Shown here piece after piece: positions 59,401-64,000 of a DNA stretch of 64,000 nt. Location of the stretch: positions 1-64,000 of the forward strand of contig CAXHJY010001157.1 of NCBI GenBank assembly GCA_964016885.1, written 5' to 3'. The notes beneath the pieces were generated by a model. That model did not search any database. It saw nothing but the letters and a program-made list of their open reading frames with translations, and had not been told where the DNA came from. How positions within the stretch are numbered: position 1 is the stretch's first letter; every line of letters starts with the position of its first letter. The position numbers were made by a program, and so were the translations under genes. Source of the DNA: Eledone cirrhosa (lineage: Eukaryota).

Positions 59401-62400
59401 GAACCGTGACTACTTCTTTTCGGCTGAGAATGAAGGATTTCAACCAGTCGAAAAGATCATCCCTCACACCCATTGCAGAGAGTTTTGCCATAAGTCTTTT
59501 GTGTGGTACAGAATTAAAAAAGGGTTAAGCATGTGGTTGGGATGTAGCCTGCACATTGTTTTAGTAAAATATTGTTTAGAGCAGTTCAATTTATTATCAT
59601 TGACACTTTCATCTAATGAAAGTCATTGGCACTTTTTGAAAATAATAAGCTGGTATGTAAGAACCTTTAAGTTAGTTTCAAAACCAGCTTAATGAGATAG
59701 TTAGTGGTTAGAGCATTGGCCTTGCAATCGAAAGGTTGTGAGTTCAATTCTCAGACCGGGTGATGTGTTGTTTCCGTGAGCAAGACACTTTGCTATTTCA
59801 CATTGCTCCAGTTTCCTCAGCTCTAGAAAGGAGATGATAGTGACTGGGGTCCCTATTATTCAACTGCAAAGTGGTCGTGGACGTGCCACGGCAAAAAAGC
59901 ACCCAGCACTCACTGTAAATGAGGTTGGTGTTAGGAAGGGCATCCAGCTGTAGAAATCAAGCCAGAATCAGTTCCCGTCCCACCCTTGCAAGCAGGGAAA
60001 AGTGGACTTAAGAAGTCTAACCCATGCTAGCGTGGAAGATGGACGTTAAACGAAGATGATGATGATTAAATAAGTGCAGAGTGATCAAAATTGATAGAAG
60101 CTATGGAATGGGTAGACCAAGAAAAACCTGGGACGAGGTGATAAAAACTGACCTTGTTCACTTACACCTCGCTAAGACAATGTCACTGGATCAAGATCTT
60201 TGGCACTATGCAGTTATACAGAAAACCTGCCTTCCCTTACAAACAAACTTAAATCCAGTCAGTAGGCACCTCTTAACCCAATATACACCCCTCCCCACAC
60301 ACCCTACTCCATCCTCCCACAGTAGAGTGGTCGTGTAGTGACACGACAAAAAGCACCCAGCCCACACTGTAAAGTAGTCATGTAGGAAACACAGTAAACA
60401 GGCTCCCAGTCCACACTGTAAATGTGGTTGTTGTTAGGAAGGGCATCCAGTCGTAGAAAACCTGCCAGAAACAGTTCTGTACGAACGAGACACGGTCACC
60501 TGACCAATCTTGCCTCCTCAAGTGGGACAAACCCATCCAACCCATGCTAGCGTGTAAGATGGACGTTAAAGGATGATGATGAACTCCAAATTCTCAATTA
60601 TTTTTAAAAAATGCCAATGACTTTCATTAGAAATATAATGAAAGTGTCAATGATAATAAATTGAACTGCTCTAAACTATTTTACTAAAACAATGTGCAGG
60701 CTACATCCCAACCACATGCTTAACCCTTTTACTAAGCAAGCCACTGGTTCTACAATACAAAACTTTTTAAAAGTATTTATATTTCTCTAATATCCTTCCA
60801 TCATAATTTTATTTAAGAACATTTGTTAAGTTATGTTCCAAACACCAACTTAACAGTATTTCAATAGAAATATAGTAACAGAAAGGTTAACAATAGATAA
60901 AGTTACATTTTTACTTCATGCTTAACAGTAAAGAGAGTTCAATGACAGTACTATTTAATGGAAGTACAAAATAAATCACCTCACCAATGCAGCTATGGAA
61001 AATTAGTACAACAAATTTTTTTTTTTGGGGGGGGGGGGGATAAAATAAAAAAAAAACTTTCTTACATCCTTGGCTCCAATATAATCATCATCATATTCGT
61101 CTTCTTCCTCCTCTTCTTCCCCATCTTCTTCCTCATCCTCCTCATCCTCTTCCTCATCCTCCTCATCATCCTCTTCCTCCTCTTCATCATCGTCGTCATC
61201 ACCCTCATCACCACTGAAAAAAAAAAGAAGATTACCGATTTTTATTCCATATGCCACTTTTCCATACTGACATTGTTTAAACCAGTGGTCTCCAACGAAA
61301 AATTTGGACATTATTTGCAATTTTTATGTTTTATTAATAACAAAACAAAAATATTATTCAATTAAAATATATTTTATAACACCCCTAAAAAATATTTCTC
61401 CTTAGTAAAGAACTAACATCCATGAAAGAACTTTACACATATGTATCATCTATCGACAATATGACACATGTATGCTTCAGTGTTGCTTAATAACAGATCA
61501 CTATTTTACAAATGTATCTATCTTTTTAAAAAAATTTATATTAGTGGACTGCGAGGTCCGAAAGGTTGGAGACTGCTGGTTTAGATGATACTTCTTTGAA
61601 GTACTGTTTTAGAACCAGATACTTTTCCTAATGCCATCTCATACTATATTTTTGAAGTACAGTATATACCTCTGACCTTTAAAATGATTGAAAATTAGAA
61701 AATAATAGGTAATGTTTTTCATTAGAAATTTGGTAACGAAAGGGTTTATGATAATAACCTGAACTACTGTAAATGATATTTTACAAAAATAATGTGACAC
61801 TCACCTGAATGATCCTAGAGAATCCAGTTTGCCAACTGACTCCATATAACCTCTAATGTCCTCTATTCCATCCTCTCCTATTGTGTTTTCTGAAATATTT
61901 ACATAAAGGATACAGGTAAAGTAAATGAATGTTGCATTTATAAAGGGAAGGAAACTAGTCATCAGATGAGACAAAAGAAACAATGTTACATTCCATTGTT
62001 GATACTATCTGCCAGTCACAACTTCTGGCAGATAAAAGAAAAGAATTAATCCTTAGATTGGACCAAGGAAACAAGGTCTCCATTGGATTTTCCCCTGCTG
62101 ATACTATCTGCTGGTCACAACATCTGGCAGAAAAAAAACAACAAAAGAACTGATTGTTAGATCGGACCAAGGAAACAACAGTTCCATTGATCTGTATTTT
62201 TCCATTACTGATACTATCTGCTAGTTACAACTCCCGTCACCAATTTCCTGGTGACAGTAAGTGGGATTTGGATTTAGAATGCACAGAGCCAGGAGAGATA
62301 CTGCAAAATTCCGTTTAACCATCACCCATGGAATTGGAATAGTACTTTTATTTATCGGCTCTGAAAGGATGAAAGGACAAAGGTGATCTTGGTGGGATAT

Positions 62401-62523
62401 GAACTCAGAGTAATGAGGTCTGAAACAATTACCAATTCATTTAATCTAATGCTCTAACAACTAGGCATGCAATAAACAAAAGTTCAAACTATTTAATTAA
62501 AATAAACAATGAAAATTAATATT

Positions 62524-62585
<62 letters not shown>

Positions 62586-63530
62586 CGTGTATGAGAGTAT
62601 GTATATATATATATTTATATATAAATAAAAGTATATGCAAACGACAAAGCATAAATGAACTGCGAGAGAAATTAGACATAAGAGGGATCAGATGCAGTGA
62701 TGCAGGATTGCATTGGTATGGACATGTGATGTGTATGATGGATGACAACTATATAAAAAGGTGCAGAGCACTCAAAGTTGATGAAAGCTAGGGAGTAGGC
62801 AAGCCTAGGAAGACTTGGGATGAAGTGATAAAAGCTGACCTTGCACAATTACACCTCTCAAAGGCAATGACACAGGACTGTGGTCTCCGGTGCTATGCAG
62901 TAATACAGAAGTCCCGCCCTCCCATATATAGGAGCTGAGGCATACATTTAGTATCTACCACCCTTCCTCCTATACACCTCCCTTGCTGTAATCACCCCAC
63001 CCCTACCGCCCTAATTCCCTATACATCTCCCCCATCCAAAACATAATGTAGTCATCCTGGAACCACAATAAGCGCCCAGTCCACACTATAAAATGGTTGT
63101 GTAGGTGTCACGACAAAAAGCACCTAGTCCATACTGTAAAGTGGTTGTGTAGGTGTCACAACCAAAAAGCACCCAGCCCACACTGTAAAGTGGTCGTGTA
63201 GGTGTCACGACAAAAAGCACTCAGTCCACACTGTAAATGTGGTTGGTGTTAGGAAGGGCATCCAGCCATAGAAACCAAGCCAAAACCAGTTCTGTATGAG
63301 CAAAGCACGGTCTTGGATGTCTCACAACAGGACAGCAGTCTTACCCATGATAGCATGTTAAACAATGATGATGATGATATATATATATATATATATATGT
63401 GTGTGTAAATATAAAAACAACAAACCTTACCATTTAACTCTACAAGTTCCAAATTTTCTTTATTTTGCATTGCCTTGATTACAGCAGTGGCCCCATCCTT
63501 TCCAATTTCGTTACCACTTAAAATAAGCTG
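43753..63530 (-). CDS. RANGAP1: Ran GTPase-activating protein 1, 3' part (9 coding exons; gene continues beyond the window end)
   Basis: GT-AG exons with consistent phases: 63431-63530, 61805-61889, 61066-61213, 57949-58038, 55342-55440, 53814-53858, 52595-52655, 49669-49760, 48321-48445, plus terminal 43753-43822 (10 segments counting the terminal one). They splice to end of LRR (LELVELNENTIGEDG), acidic tract, FLAFPSPSKLLQMG, LLVHMGLLKGED, VQQAYFP, FLQTVNRF*, matching RanGAP1 architecture. Confidence 0.95.
43970..44795 (-). mobile_element. 5'-truncated RTE LINE (ORF C-terminus + 3' UTR + (GAT)n)
   Basis: MLHGSETW...RRLRWYGHVMRM...GRPRKTW...DRDLWR. Confidence 0.9.
44900..46093 (-). mobile_element. 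Decayed Tc1/mariner-superfamily DNA transposon
   Basis: Minus-strand remnant resembling W.P.S.D...FFL.GYLKNRIY...P..I.EL...IREEI..IP; terminus TA-CAGGGTG at ~46085-46093; left end unclear. Confidence 0.6.
46190..46897 (+). mobile_element. RTE LINE 3' fragment
   Basis: GHVMRLKDDRSIKRCRAL...GRPRKTW plus the shared UTR/(GAT)n tail. Confidence 0.85.
46937..47395 (-). mobile_element. TA-flanked insert with hammerhead motif (probable solo Penelope-like pLTR)
   Basis: Flanked by TA repeats; minus strand has CUGAUGA (47287-47281), a structured stem II and GAAACCAUGGUA (47231-47220). Confidence 0.6.
48321..48445 (-). CDS. RANGAP1: RanGAP1 exon (GEDKKYKSPGDLNGTLIVLEHCVQQAYFPSIGRDILTAFISR)
   Basis: aag acceptor / gtgagt donor; phase 0 to 2. 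Confidence 0.9.
49669..49760 (-). CDS. RANGAP1: RanGAP1 exon (DSLFSNVLKVNPEGNTTLLLNSLLVHMGLLK)
   Basis: tgtag / gtaagt; conserved LLVHMGLLK. Confidence 0.93.
50003..51083 (-). mobile_element. RTE LINE 3' fragment with internally triplicated ~120-bp UTR block
   Basis: RRLRWSGHVMHM...GKPRKTW; block repeated at ~50135, 50255 and 50376. Confidence 0.87.
51230..51800 (+). mobile_element. Decayed RTE LINE fragments (endonuclease and C-terminal parts)
   Basis: DFNGHVG...GFHGVH...RNGE..RLLEFCVANDL...HLITYKSG. Confidence 0.7.
52595..52655 (-). CDS. RANGAP1: RanGAP1 exon (IASVVDSHNEKLKKAANQCT)
   Basis: aatag / gtaagt; phase 0 to 1 fits the neighbouring exons. Confidence 0.85.
52870..53716. mobile_element. 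Cluster of short TTAA-CCC...GGG-TTAA (piggyBac-like) MITEs
   Basis: 52870-53093 and 53296-53496 are related copies ending TAAATGCTAAAG(G/C)GTTAA; 53493-53716 has TTAACCC...GGGTTAA ends. Confidence 0.6.
53814..53858 (-). CDS. RANGAP1: RanGAP1 exon (ESSKNVDDVVKTFLK)
   Basis: ttcag / gtaagt; similar to vertebrate EKVVSAFLK. Confidence 0.88.
54180..54646. repeat. 48-bp minisatellite (~9-10 degenerate copies) derived from the RTE/SINE UTR motif
   Basis: Unit GTACTGGGTTCATTTTATTGTGGCATCAGCACTACTACTTTACAGAGT; reverse complement resembles AAAAAGCACCCAGTACACCCTGTAAAGTGGT in the tails. Confidence 0.85.
55342..55440 (-). CDS. RANGAP1: RanGAP1 exon (VTAKDFLAFPSPSKLLQMGNTDTIVNNITAELG)
   Basis: ttgcag / gtgagt; conserved FLAFPSP.KLL. 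Confidence 0.94.
55490..55790 (+). mobile_element. Dong/R4-like (REL endonuclease) LINE 3' end with (TAA)n tail
   Basis: ELKVELARLF...VIPVVIGALG*...LKQLGIP...QKAALLSTTHILRKVL, followed by a short UTR and TAATAATAAT. Confidence 0.75.
55960..56630 (-). mobile_element. Decayed L1/Tx1-like RT fragment
   Basis: LLRKDPNKEDHIDNFWPIILLNADFQILTKVLA. Confidence 0.65.
56865..57605 (-). mobile_element. Cluster of ~4 diverged tRNA-SINE copies
   Basis: Repeated CAAGGCCAGCAATTT...GGTACTTTATTTTATCGACCC...GATGAAAGGCAAAGTC...GGATTTGAAC motif; related pieces at ~48900 and ~62340. Confidence 0.7.
57949..58038 (-). CDS. RANGAP1: RanGAP1 second acidic exon (EEEDDDDDEEEDEYSHRPAEVTKVSTLSHK)
   Basis: gacag / gtacgt; 90 nt, phase 0-0. 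Confidence 0.8.
58160..59500 (-). mobile_element. 5'-truncated CR1 LINE with duplicated 3' end
   Basis: SGVPQGSVLGPLLF, YADD, VRPHLEFASSVWNPY, TRGHAYK, FFTLRVAEAWNKLP; (TTA)n tails at ~58160-58197 and ~58310-58334. Confidence 0.9.
59698..60065 (+). mobile_element. tRNA-derived SINE (same family as 40055)
   Basis: Close similarity to 40068-40375. Confidence 0.85.
60070..60582 (+). mobile_element. RTE LINE 3' fragment
   Basis: GRPRKTWDEVIKTDL plus UTR/(GAT)n. Confidence 0.85.
61066..61213 (-). CDS. RANGAP1: RanGAP1 acidic-domain exon (SGDEGDDDDDEEEE...DDDYIGAKD)
   Basis: ttttcag / gtaag; phase 2 to 0. Confidence 0.92.
61805..61889 (-). CDS. RANGAP1: RanGAP1 exon (ENTIGEDGIEDIRGYMESVGKLDSLGSF)
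   Basis: ttcag / gtgagt; end of the LRR domain. Confidence 0.92.
62630..63378 (+). mobile_element. RTE LINE 3' fragment
   Basis: LREKLDIRGIRC...WYGHVM...KPRKTW plus tandem UTR motifs and (GAT)n. Confidence 0.85.
63431..63530 (-). CDS. RANGAP1: RanGAP1 LRR exon (QLILSGNEIGKDGATAVIKAMQNKENLELVELN)
   Basis: ttttag / gtaagg; RI-like LRR consensus LxLSxNxI. Confidence 0.92.
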
Positions 63531-64000
63531 CTAAAAACAGAAGAAAATATCACTTGATATAAATTGCTAGAAACAAAAAAATATCACTTGATATAGATTG
63601 CTAGAAACAGAGCAAATAAAAAGTTTTTAGATTTAAAAAATAGTGACACTATCACAAGAGTGGTTATTAATATTTGAGTATCTGATGTTGGTTATTGTTA
63701 ATATGGTCATTGGTTCTATGGTGCAAACGTTTATATTTATTTAAAAACATCATAATTTATGTAGCAAAAGCCAGTTAAATAATGTAGAATGCCTCCAAGT
63801 TTTTTATTATTTTCAAAATTATCTGGAAATCATAGTGCTTTTCATTAGAAATATGGCAATTTAAGAGCGAAAAAGTGATTTAATTTACTAAATACATACA
63901 AATTCATGATTATTAAACAAAAAACATATGCAACATGCATCTTTTGCTTCCTAGACTAAACAATATATATATAAATAATATAAAACTCACTTTTAAACAT

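Noticed and set aside
61990-62235. ~3 degenerate 75-110-bp tandem repeats
   Set aside because: Short local intronic duplication with no identifiable function.

Overview
This is repeat-rich, AT-rich animal genomic DNA. The SINE/RTE tail sequences and giant (TA/TACA)n tracts suggest an octopod cephalopod (inference). The first ~41 kb is a (TA)n/(TACA)n microsatellite sea holding several inserts: (i) a 6+ copy tandem array of a 310-bp, highly self-complementary unit carrying a minimal hammerhead ribozyme (HHR), retrozyme-like; (ii) a near full-length CR1-clade LINE; (iii) a 370-bp foldback carrying a second, different HHR; (iv) an intact-ORF Penelope-like element of Naiad type (RT + C-terminal GIY-YIG), arranged as a ~14.2-kb palindrome with three HHR-bearing pseudo-LTR copies. 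From 43.7 kb to the end, the minus strand carries the last 9 coding exons of RanGAP1. Its introns are filled with RTE, CR1, Tx1, Dong/R4, SINE, MITE and DNA-transposon remnants plus a fourth HHR-bearing insert. The best candidate for an undescribed system is a TA-microsatellite-targeting Naiad retroelement together with non-autonomous HHR RNAs, including a putative 310-nt circular-RNA retrozyme, all with non-canonical stem II closure. The long Y/I/C/M/H/T ORFs are microsatellite artefacts.
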